Below are positions 23,276-34,399 of a stretch of 35,707 nucleotides of DNA, piece by piece. The DNA is from Octopus sinensis. Taxonomy: Eukaryota. The notes under the pieces were generated by a model that was not told the origin of the DNA, made no database searches, and was given only the letters and a program-made list of their open reading frames with translations. The stretch lies in contig NW_021826276.1 of assembly GCF_006345805.1 (NCBI RefSeq), positions 1-35,707 of the forward strand, in the 5' to 3' direction. A program made the translations under genes and the position numbers. Positions within the stretch are counted from its first letter, which is position 1. Each line of letters starts with the position of its first letter.

Positions 23276-23499
23276 TTAGCGACGTGACGTAAATAATATT
23301 AGAACCGAATAGTAATCTGTATACTTATTAACACGGACATCCTCAAATAAATCCAGAATACTTCGGTATTCGTCTGGAGAAAGTATTTCGTGGAGACGTA
23401 TGGTATTAAAAAGTACAGCAATTACATCGCCGGTGTTGAATACTTTTTGTCTGCTGCTAGTACAAATAAAAGCACTTATTATTCTACTAAACTCTACAT
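23276..23499 (-). CDS. Candidate coding exon, unknown protein (..VEFSRIISAFICTSSRQKVFNTGDVIAVLFNTIRLHEILSPDEYRSILDLFEDVRVNKYTDYYSVLILFTSRR*)
   Basis: An 80-codon stop-to-stop frame with no ATG, so it is absent from the ORF track. CTAAC branch motif about 19 nt upstream of a TTTCAG| acceptor. It could instead be LINE ORF2 debris. Confidence 0.3.
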
Positions 23500-23575
23500 C
23501 TGAAATTTTTAGTGAATGTTAGCGTCTGAAAATTTTTCTTCTTTATTGAATTGGAAACATGCCACCCCCTCCGGT

Positions 23576-23770
23576 TTAAGCATTGCAATCTCTTTGACCT
23601 TCTCTCTGTTGAATTAATTTGCACCAACCAGAGTGATTCTGATTTGGACTGGCCAAAAGCCTTAATTTTCTTTTCTTTATTTCATTTCTCGTTTTTCTAT
23701 TAATTTCTATTAATCTTTTCTTGTCTTTTCTTAATGAGAAGCATCTTTTGTAATGTTTTTCACAAACCAT
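23576..23770 (-). mobile_element. Possible old LINE ORF2 remnant (endonuclease-RT linker)
   Basis: The basic helical peptide EKHYKRCFSLRKDKKRLIEINRKTRNEIKKRK resembles LINE linker regions; no diagnostic motif is present. Confidence 0.3.
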
Positions 23771-24392
23771 CTTTCTGCACGATTTTATGTGTGTCTATGG
23801 TTGAGATTTTTGAAGAATCTATTATTTATTTATAAGAGGTTTACATTAGAGGCATGGGACACTTTATATGTGTCCAAATTACTAATGGTTAAGAAATGGT
23901 CAAATTTCAAGCAGGGTATTTAAAAGTATTGTTTCCGAATTGCGTGCTATTTTAAAATTATTTGTGATGAAAGCCATGTATGCCCCGTTATGTTTAAAGA
24001 TGTTATGGTAAACTCTTTTTATTATATTCTTGGAAGGTAGTCAGACTCAGAAGCAAACTCTTATTTTGGGTTTTTCTTGGTTATTGCAATATAGTGTTTC
24101 CTAATTCTTTCAAAGGATTGAGGATTCGTATTAAACTTAGGAGACCAGCATCACGATATAACACCCCCGCTCTCATCGCCCAACTGTCGAAAAATTTAAG
24201 GGAGTTAAGGTGCTACAGAACGACGAGTTCGTTCACTAATGCTAGATAGGGAACGCCTAAGCTGTGGCTGCTTGTTAATCTGAATGTTTGCTCTTAATCC
24301 ATAATGATCCATCAAAGTTGATTAGTGACATTCTAACGTTCCTAATATTTAAATCCCGCAAGTAGGATGTCGTTATTTGAATATGTAGATAA

Positions 24393-24833
24393 CTCTTTTA
24401 CTTGTTTCAGTCATTTGACTGTGGCCATGCTAGAGCACCACCTTTAGTCAAGCAAATCGACCCCAGGATTTATTCTTTGTAAGCCTAGTACTTATTCTAT
24501 CGATCACTTTTGCCGAACCGCTAGGTGACGGGGAGGTAAACACACCAGCATCGGTTGTCAAGCGATGTTGGGGGGACAAACATAGACACACAAACATACA
24601 CACACACACACACACGCACACACACACACACACGCACACACACACACACACACGCACACACACATGTATATACATATATACGACGGGCTTCCGTCTACCA
24701 AATTCACTCACAAGGCTTTGGTCGGCCCCAGTCTATAGTAGAAGACACTTGTCCAAGTTGCCACGTAGTGGGACTGAACCCGTAACCATGTGGTTGGTAA
24801 GAAAGCTACTTACCACACAGCCACTCCTACACC
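24393..24833 (-). mobile_element. Full-length SINE, family A
   Basis: Homologous to the 4280 copy, with a small internal deletion near GCTTCCGTC. Confidence 0.9.
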
Positions 24834-25569
24834 TAGCTTTTGTCAAGACTTGTGCTTTAATTGAGATATATCAGATAATAGGAAGATTGTATTGATTTCT
24901 GTTTTTCAACATAGTTCGAACGTTTTACGTCAGTTCCTAGTATAATTTCAAGCATTTACATATGTGAGTTTCTAGATGTGGGTTGTGGTTTTGTGTAATA
25001 TTACTTCGCTAATTTGCCCGTTGAAAGATTGGCTTGAAAGTAACACACAAGGGTTACCTTGTAATGAACGCAGGCCTTATGATCACTGAACGTTAACTAC
25101 GGTTACTTGGGTGTCAAGATATTCTGTTCTAACTTGCGTGCCAAGCTGCGTATTTATTTCAGCACCGACGTTATTTTACTGCTCAGAGTGGTTCATCCTC
25201 CATTGTGTTGATGATTTGGAGTTATGTCCATTAAGATATTAAAAAGAAAACTATTCAGTGACGACTACTTAATATCAAATACTAGATCCATTTATACGGG
25301 AAATTTTTAGCTTCGAATGTTGTTGTTCGAGTACTTACTTCGTGCTGGAACACATTTGTTCTATTCTTAAAATTGATGCTGTCGATTAGGTTAAATAACT
25401 CATCCTACCTGTTGATTAGAAGCTGATTCTGCAGTGGATATTCTATGATCTGAACCCAAATTCATCATCAAATTATCAAATGATTTCTTTGATCTACCTT
25501 CACTCAAAATAGGGAAACAAATGATGTTATTAGAAGGGATGAGGATAATGTAATTTACTGATATCTTTA

Positions 25570-25617
25570 TTATTGTCTTTTATTATAATAATAATAATGA
25601 TCATGATTATGATAATG

Positions 25618-25671
<54 letters not shown>

Positions 25672-25824
25672 TAATAATAATATAATAATAATTTTGCTGT
25701 TGCTGGTGTTGTAGTTATTGCCATTGTATTAACATTGCTTGAATCATCATAGCAGTCATTCGTGTAATCACGAACTTCTTTTTCTCTCGCTCCTCCTCTC
25801 TCTGAATATATATATATCTATATA

Positions 25825-25867
<43 letters not shown>

Positions 25868-25903
25868 ATATAATTATATATATAAAAAATATGTATATAA
25901 ATA

Positions 25904-25934
<31 letters not shown>

Positions 25935-25940
25935 ATGTAT
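25570..25940. repeat. (AAT)n and (AT)n tracts
   Basis: Seen directly. Confidence 0.9.
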
Positions 25941-26447
25941 AACTCGAGAGGGAAGGAGAAAAAGAAAGAGAGAGGGAAGTGTCAATAAATTATATTTATT
26001 ACTAATATTACCGAAGCTCATAATTTTTTGAACACAATGCTATGTATTTGTGTTACTGTCGTTGACAGGTTTGCTATTATCGTTGTCATCAATATCATTA
26101 TTGCTATTAGAATCGCTAGTGTTATTGATTCTTATCTGTGATCCTTCGATAAATCCCTTACAGAGATAGCTAACTAATAATAATCTAATTCTGCACACTA
26201 TACTTAAAACAAAAACATTCCCCCCTCTCTCAAATCCTAAGCGTTAATTTTGTAGCTTCCAGAGCGATTATCAAAGTTGAATCATCCCTAAACATTGAAC
26301 TTTACACTTCGTACGTTTCTACATACATGTCTCTCACTTTCTCTTACTTTCTTTCCGCCTCTGACGTCGTTCCCAAGTCGTCTTACTCTCGTATTGCGGT
26401 GTAATTCACTAGTATCTGTGACATATTACATAGTTTTAAAGCATTTA

Positions 26448-27007
26448 TTGGGTTGTCCAGAAAGTTCGTGCCGATTTTTAAAAGGAAAGAAAAAGGTCAA
26501 TAAATACTTGCCATTACATTTTTAATCAACCAAATATGAACCATTTTGTTGCACAATGCATCTCCATTTTCCCTTTAACTTGGAAATACCCTCGTTCCAG
26601 AATTGAGGTGGTTTCATGGCAAAGAATTCATCAAAGTATCTTTTTACGTTATCCAAGTAACTTTTACCATTAAGACTATTCTGCAGAGACCTGAATAAAT
26701 GGAAATCCGAAGGAGCAATATTTGGTGAATATGGAGGGTGGGGTAACACATCCTAGCCGAACTGCGGCAATTTTTGTCTGGTTCCCAAAGCATAAAGTGC
26801 CGAAAATGAACTTTCTTATCTTATATTTTAAAGGGTTACAAAATGAACACAGATTATAGGAACTTCAACCTTCTTCCACCAAAAGATAGCTTAAACTGTG
26901 CTCTAAATGGAGGTGTAGTAAAATCATATTTTATGGACCCGACGTTGTTCTAAAATAAATCGAAAGGTAAGCTACATAAATCGGCACGAACTTTCCGGAC
27001 AACCAAA
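26448..27007 (-). mobile_element. Internally deleted mariner element (560 bp) with transposase C-terminal remnant
   Basis: 30-bp TIRs TTGGGTTGTCCAGAAAGTTCGTGCCGATTT and AAATCGGCACGAACTTTCCGGACAACCAAA (2 mismatches); TA TSDs at 26446-26447 and 27008-27009. The minus-strand peptide HPPYSPNIAPSDFHLFRSLQN is the mariner YSPDLAPSD motif. Confidence 0.95.
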
Positions 27008-27255
27008 TAATATCCCAAAATATAACATACCATATATATATACTGCTTTTGGTTTTAGCTCTCAGAAGGTTCCTTTCAGCGCCGGAAAAAATGTTTAGAT
27101 TTGCTTGTGCCAACTCAGATTCTGAATTGCAGTCACATCTCTGTCACTTTTGTCTTCATCATCCCAGGATCGATATTATAATGTACCATTCGATGACTAC
27201 TAACCTCTCCCATCAAAAGTTACATATTCCTGTTTAACTCCAAACAGGAACAACA

Positions 27256-27256
27256 G

Positions 27257-27344
<88 letters not shown>

Positions 27345-27370
27345 CAAAACTACCATCACCACTATCATTG

Positions 27371-27415
<45 letters not shown>

Positions 27416-27440
27416 TATTATTATTATTATTATTATTATT
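27256..27440. repeat. (ACT)n then (TTA)n microsatellite
   Basis: Seen directly. Confidence 0.95.
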
Positions 27441-28879
27441 CTATGTTTGACCTTTGCTTTACATTTACACGAGCTGGCTCCAAGTCTCACCCAGAGACCT
27501 CAAGAGACAACAAGTTGAAAGTTCATATTGGTGTTATGCCTAGGGTGCCATATATTTGGTTTTGTACTTAGTGCTGTACTAGTGAACGCCTAAAAAACCA
27601 TAAGAAAATTATGTTTGTTTTAAAACTTGAGATTACAAAGAAAGTATTTTGCGTAGGATATGAGCAGTTCCCATGAGCACTATCTTTTGAATTTCTGCCA
27701 TTTTGGGGTTTCCTGGTATCTGAGTTAGGTAAAAATCAGCTTCTTTTGCTATCAATCCCAGGGCACCTATGACAACAGGTATTGTTTTAGTCTTCAGGTT
27801 CCACATTTTGCTGATTTCTATTTCCAGATCTTTATATTTGCTCAGTTTCTGGTAGGTCTTGACAGATACGTTTATATCGATTGGGACAGTCATATCAATG
27901 AGGAGGCATGTTTTTTGTCTGAAGTCTTTTGCTACGATTCCTGGCCTATTCGCATCTATCTTTCTGTCAGTTTGAATGGTGGAGTTCCAGAGGAGTGAGA
28001 TGTGGTAATTTTCAAGTACTGGAAGTGGTTTGTGTTCCCACTAGTTTTTATCATGGGGCAAGTCCAGGCTTTTGCAAATTACCCAGTGAATATATTGTGC
28101 AGCTCTATCATGCCTGTTGAGATACTCTGTAGGCGCAAGAATACTGCACTTGGAGACAACATGATGAATGGTTTCATTTTGTTGTTGACATACACGACAT
28201 GTTGGGTAACTGCCGTTCTTTAATATATTGGCCTGATAGTTCCTTGTAGGTAGGCATTGATCTTGAGCTGCTATGATAAACCCTTCTGTTTCAGATTTTA
28301 AGCCAGAGGCCATTAGCCATTGATGGGTTAGGCCTTTATCAACATCTGAATTATTCACTCTCTTTGGGTATTTGCCACTGAAAGGTTTTTCTTGCCATTT
28401 ATCATTCAGAATATCTAAGGTAGCAGTTTTAGCACGGGTTTTCATGAGCTTAGCTTTTTCTGTGCTTGTTTCTTGTGTGCCTAATTCCGGAATTTGTTGT
28501 ATTCGGAATTCACTTAGATATTCCTTTGCCTGTTTTGTTACTGAGTATGATGCTTTCTTGTTTTCATGTTTTGAGACAAGTTTTAACATCCAGTCCTCAG
28601 AGTTTTTCAGGTAGGTGTCTAGGCCAATTGTAGAACCTTCATTGTTATTGCCAGTTGTAAAAGCACACGGCCTCCCTCTTTTCTTGGTAGATAAAGTCGA
28701 TCTATATCTGCCTTAGGGTGGTGCATTCTATGCATTGTCAACAGTTTTCGTATTTTTCTGTCAAGATTACATATTTCAGTAATTGACCAGTTAACGATAT
28801 TGAAACTGTAAGTCACGACTGGTATGGCTAAAGCACTGATCGCTTCGATCCTGTTTCTTGCATTCAGCTCTGTCTTGAG

Positions 28880-28884
<5 letters not shown>
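27441..28884 (-). mobile_element. 5'-truncated R4/Dong-clade retrotransposon (post-RT region, CCHC knuckle, restriction-like endonuclease, 3' UTR)
   Basis: HRMHHPKADIDRLYLPRKEGGR, LKSETEGFIIAAQDQ, CRVCQQQNETIHHVVSKC and RHDRAAQYIHW. The RLE region reads IDMTVPIDINVSVKTYQKLSKYKDL...PVVIGALG. (TAA)n lies at both ends on the sense strand. Confidence 0.92.
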
Positions 28885-28949
<65 letters not shown>

Positions 28950-28976
28950 GATATTATTATTATTATTATTATTATT

Positions 28977-29054
<78 letters not shown>

Positions 29055-29073
29055 GTTATTGTTATTGTTATTG

Positions 29074-29132
<59 letters not shown>

Positions 29133-29172
29133 GTTGTTGTTATTGTTATTATTATCATTATTATTATTATAT
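28881..29172. repeat. (ATT)n microsatellite with (ATC)/(GTT) interruptions
   Basis: Seen directly. Confidence 0.95.
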
Positions 29173-29174
29173 AA

Positions 29175-29380
29175 GGCAGTGAGCTAACATAAGCGTTAGC
29201 ACGACGGGCAAAATGCTTAACGGCACTTCTTCTGTCTTTATGTTCTGAGTTCAAATTCCGCCGAGATCACCTTTGCCTTTCATTATTTCGGGAGCGATAA
29301 AATAAGCACCAGTTGAGTACTGGGGGTCCCAAATTCCGTACATTTTGCCTATAGTAGAAAGGACTATCATTATTATTATT
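29175..29380 (+). mobile_element. tRNA-derived SINE, family B
   Basis: GGCAGTGAGCTAACATAAGCGTTAGCAC... with B box GAGTTCAAATTCC and an (ATT)n tail; a 3' segment is deleted relative to the 16141 copy. Confidence 0.8.
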
Positions 29381-30871
29381 TCTTCATCAATGGCTTTGTT
29401 GGAGCTTCTGGAGTCTTGCATGCGTAGCGGGCTCACTAAGTTTGTTGCTTACATATTAAGAAGTTCCTAATAATTTCTATATTTATTTCTATATAATTTG
29501 CTTGTTACAATGTTCATGTGTTCAGCTGTAATATTTTGAATAACCTAATCTACGGAACAAAATCAAAACAATCTAAATGGAGCACTGCTAAAGAAAAAAT
29601 CTATAATTTTGTTTCACCAAAACATAAAAAAGAATATTTACAATATAGAATACCTACGCGTCCTACAACTTTCATATATTATTATAATTATAATAGTATT
29701 GGGTTTCTTTGATACGTAGGAACAAAACATGTAAGAGTAGAGAAAAAAAAACACCCTTAAAATAGACATTCTCCTAAAGGAACGATCTGCATGGCCTCTA
29801 AATACTGCTGAATACACGAGACTACAGTAGCTTAGGAACACGTTTGTACAGGTGTATGGTGAAAAGGGTTGAATAGAAATCATTTCTGTTACAGAAAGTT
29901 TCTTGTAAGTAATTAGGTTAAGTTTTCAACACCTAGAAATTAAATCTAAGTTGGAAGCAAAATCATGTATACAATTCCAAGAACGTTTATATTGGGAACA
30001 GACGAACACACACACACACACGCACACACACACACCACACACACACACGCACACACGTACACACACACACACACACACACGCACACACGTACACACACAG
30101 ATACATATACAGACACACACATACACACACACACACAAATAGACCTGAGTCCGTGCATGAAGCATCTTTCATGAAGTATGTACACCTGATATTACAAAAA
30201 CTATAGACAAACAACCATAGTTTATCTGAACGAAAAACATATCTAGGTTACATGCTTGTTCTAAATAAAAGTGAAAAGACTATTAGTCATCGAAGGAGGG
30301 CTGATGTTACTTTCGCAAGTAAAAGGCAACCAATAAACGATCGTTTAATATAGATGTGTAACGTTCTTTATACGGCCATTCTCGTGAAACAATACACCAT
30401 CTTCTATCAGGATGTACACCAATATTTCCTATAAATTATTCTTGGAGACGTAACCTTATAGTGGCTAGTAGATGTAGTGTATAAAAATGCAGTTAGCTGT
30501 GTAATTCCAATTGTTGAAATACAAATTCTTTGAAAGGAGCTGATCTTATGGAAGACTCACATCTGATTTACGAAATGGACAGTGTAGATTTTACTCATTA
30601 CCATATAGACTGATTACCAGTTGACAAAGACTGTGATAGAGAGAGAGAGAGAGATGGGGGACGGGGGAGAAAGAATGTAGGATTAGTTTCCATGGCTAAA
30701 ATAATAGTTCATGACTTAATAATCGACACAATACGTGATAGAGTGTGCAACGCCATGCGAAAACGAAATAAAAAAAATCTCTGAAATTCTTTGTGACTTC
30801 AGAAATGTCACATTTGATGTACATCAAAATTACAAAAATTAATCTACCAGCACCAGCGCCAGCACCACCAT

Positions 30872-30934
<63 letters not shown>

Positions 30935-31226
30935 GTGGTTAAAGCGTTCATTTCGCAAAACTGTGTTTCCGAATTCTTGCATATATTTTTAGCAAGCTCG
31001 TCTCTTAACCACATGTTTCCACAGGCGACAATCCTGCAAAGTAATTTGAGCAACATTACTTGGGTTTAGATTTGTGTTGATTCATAACCTAGGAGAAATA
31101 ATTAGTAAATAGAATTTTTGCTGATTCTCGGCGAATTCATATATACATAAATACATAAATACATAACGTACGTACATACATATATGCATATATACATGCA
31201 TACAGATACACACACGTATACACGTA

Positions 31227-31437
31227 TACTCTTTTACTTGTTTCAGTCATTTGACTGTGGCCATGCTGGAGCACCGCCTAAGGTCGAGCACATCGACTCC
31301 AGGACTTATTCTTTGTAAGCCTAGTAATTATTCTATCGGTCTCTTTTGCCGAACCGCTAAGTTACGAGCACGTAAACACACCAGTATCGGTTGTCAAGCG
31401 ATGTTGGGGCGACAAGCACAGACACACAAACGTATAC
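31227..31437 (-). mobile_element. SINE family A, 3' half
   Basis: Tail and 3' body are present; homology stops at the internal microsatellite position. Confidence 0.85.
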
Positions 31438-31440
31438 ATA

Positions 31441-31805
31441 TGCTAGACATATTATTTATTTCCTATAAAAAAATAAAATAAAAACTTAACAATTATCACA
31501 TATATCAAGAGCCTTTAAAATATGTTAAAGTGTAAAGAAAGGGAGGTAATCTAGATGAACTTAATAATTTCACTAGATATATGGAATTTATTAAGGAATT
31601 TTATAATATAAATGAATTGAATAAAGTGAAATAAAATCTTTTAAAATTTTCTATATAGGATTGCATAAATTCCATATATCTAGTGAAATTATTAAGTTCA
31701 TGTTGATTACCTCCCTTCCGTTAGCTTTGAAATATTTTAAGGGCTCTTGATATATGTGATAATTGAAAAGTTTTTTTTTACAGGAAATAAATAATATGTC
31801 TAACA
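31441..31805. mobile_element. Foldback/MITE-like element with ~150-bp inverted arms and TA flanks
   Basis: Arms at about 31441-31591 and 31665-31805 are reverse complements (e.g. GAACTTAATAATTTCACTAGATATATGGAATTTAT and ATAAATTCCATATATCTAGTGAAATTATTAAGTTC). TA at 31439-31440 and 31806-31807. Confidence 0.85.
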
Positions 31806-32992
31806 TATTCCTTTAATTTAATACATTAATACAAATAAATTACTATTTACTAACTATAAATCTATTCTAATGATAAATGATTAGGGCTATATGTGATATA
31901 AGCCTGATCTTCACATTTAGAAGATAGGTTACATGTATGATGTGTGCGCGTGTGTGTGTGTGTATGTGTGTATGCGTGTCTCTGTTTGTGAACGTGTGAG
32001 AGGCAGAAGAATGAGTGAAAGACAGAAAAACAGAGGGAGAGGGAACAAAACTGAATGGGAGAGTGTATAAGAGAGGGAAAGAGAGAGAGAGAGAGAAAGA
32101 GTAAGAATGAGTGAGAAGGAATGTCAGTGCGAGAAGGGAAATGAGTGTGCAGTGATGACTTTTGATGGTGGACACGGTGTTTCTTTGTTTTATGGTATAC
32201 TTATAACAAAAAGCTTCCTGTCGTGAATATCCCGTGAAATATTTAGGTATATTGTATCATGAACAACGATATCCAATATTGCTTTCTTTCTTATAACCTA
32301 AGATGGGGGCTTTGAATTTGACTGAGAAATAGCCTGTTGTATCTAGTTACCTGGTCGCCATATTAGATCATTTAGAATTGTAATTTTAATATAGATGTAT
32401 GTATGTGTGTGTGTTTGCGTATGCGCGCATGTGTTACAGAGACAGAGCCGAACAGACTGTCAGACTGATAGACAGAGGGAGTGAAGGATGTTGTTACTTA
32501 TCGTCCGACTAGGATCATGAAAATGTAAAATGCATACAGAAAAGTTTCAATTCAGTATGAAGAATGGCTGATGTATATTTTTAAAATGTCAGAGACAAAA
32601 TGGTACTGCTCCTTTCTTGAAATATATAACGTAACTCTATCTATCTAATGTGCATTTATAATTATATATACCAATGTTCGTCCAAAATCACATACACCAT
32701 GCATATATATATATATATATATATATATGCATATACGATACACATATACATGCACACGCATAGAAGCATACGTATATATGTACACATAAATATCAAATGC
32801 AGATGTATGCATATATGTACATACTGTAATTAATATGTGCATATATTTGCAAAACATGTATATTCGACCTTCAGACGAAGCGTGTTGTAATACATCTGAA
32901 TTCGGCTTCCAATGTTGAGTATCGCCTCCAGTATATTTTCTATAATTAATTTTAAGTTTCTTTAATGTGATAACCTTAATTTAATTTTACAC

Positions 32993-33061
32993 ATGTATAT
33001 ATGTATGTATGTATGTATGCATGTATGTATGTATGTATCTATCTATCTATTTATCTATCTG

Positions 33062-33146
<85 letters not shown>

Positions 33147-33157
33147 TTATCTATCTG

Positions 33158-33223
<66 letters not shown>

Positions 33224-33290
33224 CATCTATCTATTTATCTATCTATCTATTTATCTATCTCTTAATTTCGCTTTCATTCCTCTTTCTCTT

Positions 33291-33365
<75 letters not shown>
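32993..33365. repeat. (ATGT)n/(ATCT)n/(TA)n microsatellites
   Basis: Seen directly. Confidence 0.95.
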
Positions 33366-33369
<4 letters not shown>

Positions 33370-33604
33370 TAAAAAATCGTGGGTAAAGCCGAATATTATA
33401 AAAATATATTCTACACAATGCTTCTTAGTAATTATTCCATTATATATATACATATATAATATATATAAATTATTAAGGTCGCTATTCGCAATTTACAACT
33501 GAAAGGCAATACTTACATACATACATAGACACATATACATACACATATAGATATGGACATGTATATGTATATATATCATAAAAATCTTTCAAAAAATTCT
33601 TTAA

Positions 33605-33785
33605 AAAAGGTTTCAGCTTCAAAGTTGCCGTCATACTGGAGCTCCAAAGTTGACTGAGCTACCCCATTATTTGAAACCTCCTCTGATGTGTGGCATTGGT
33701 CAATGAAGGAGTTTCATGCCGCAGCCCTCAATTGTGTTTCCTGCTGTGAGGTAGGCTCGTCTGGAACCCTTGACAAAAAGAGATC
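33605..33785 (-). mobile_element. 3' end of a CR1/L2/Jockey-group LINE (ORF2 C-terminus plus 3' UTR)
   Basis: The minus frame DLFLSRVPDEPTSQQETQLRAAA*NSFIDQ matches the LD.FL..VPDEP C-terminal motif I recall from invertebrate CR1-group LINEs. It ends GCTCCAG...CTGAAAC. Confidence 0.65.
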
Positions 33786-33835
33786 CGTATGTATATGTAT
33801 ATGTACGTATTATTGTATGAGTTTATATATATATA

Positions 33836-34230
33836 GGCACAGGAGTGGCTGTGTGGTAAGTAGCTTGTTTACCAACAACATGGTTCCGGGTTCAGTCCCA
33901 CTGCGTGGCACCTTAGGCAAGTCTCTTCTACTATAGCCTCGGGCCGACCAAAGCCTTGGATTTGGTAGACGGAAACAGAAAGAAGCCCGTCGTATATATA
34001 TATGTATGTGCGTGTATGTTTGTGTGTCTGTGTTTGTCCCTCTAGCATTGCTTGACAACCGATGCTGGTGTGTTTCTGTTCCCGTCACTTAGCGGTTCGG
34101 CAAAAGAGACCGATAGAATAAGTACTGTGCTTACAAAGAATAAGTCCCAGGGTCGAGTTGCTCGATTAAAGGCGGTGCTCCAGAGTGGCCGCAGTCAAAA
34201 TGACTGAAACAAGTAAAAAGAGAAAAAGAG
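33836..34230 (+). mobile_element. Full-length SINE, family A
   Basis: Homologous to the 4280 copy. Confidence 0.9.
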
Positions 34231-34399
34231 AAAGATATATATATATATATATATATATAATATGTGTGTGTGTGTGTGGTGTGTGTGTGTGTATGTGTGT
34301 GCGCGTGTGTGTGTATGTACGTTAATATTTATATATATATATATATGTAATTGTATATATATATTATTATTACTATTATTCAAAGTTCACAATACATGT

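Noticed and set aside
23352-23378. cUUCGg tetraloop hairpin (GAATAC-TTCG-GTATTC)
   Set aside because: A single short stem like this is plausible by chance in 35 kb, with no ncRNA context.
25085-25490. YLGVKI (+) and LGSDHRI (-) peptides resembling LINE RT and endonuclease motifs
   Set aside because: Isolated short motifs on opposite strands without supporting neighbours.
21186-28884. The two R4/Dong fragments as halves of one inverted element (one ends near where the other begins)
   Set aside because: They are about 4.7 kb apart, differ greatly in decay, and diverge in the overlapping motif (GGNK-type versus LNARN-type).
33576-33768. Selenoprotein or readthrough exon (one in-frame TGA in a 64-codon minus frame)
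   Set aside because: Better explained as a LINE ORF2 C-terminus with a nonsense mutation, followed by 3' UTR.
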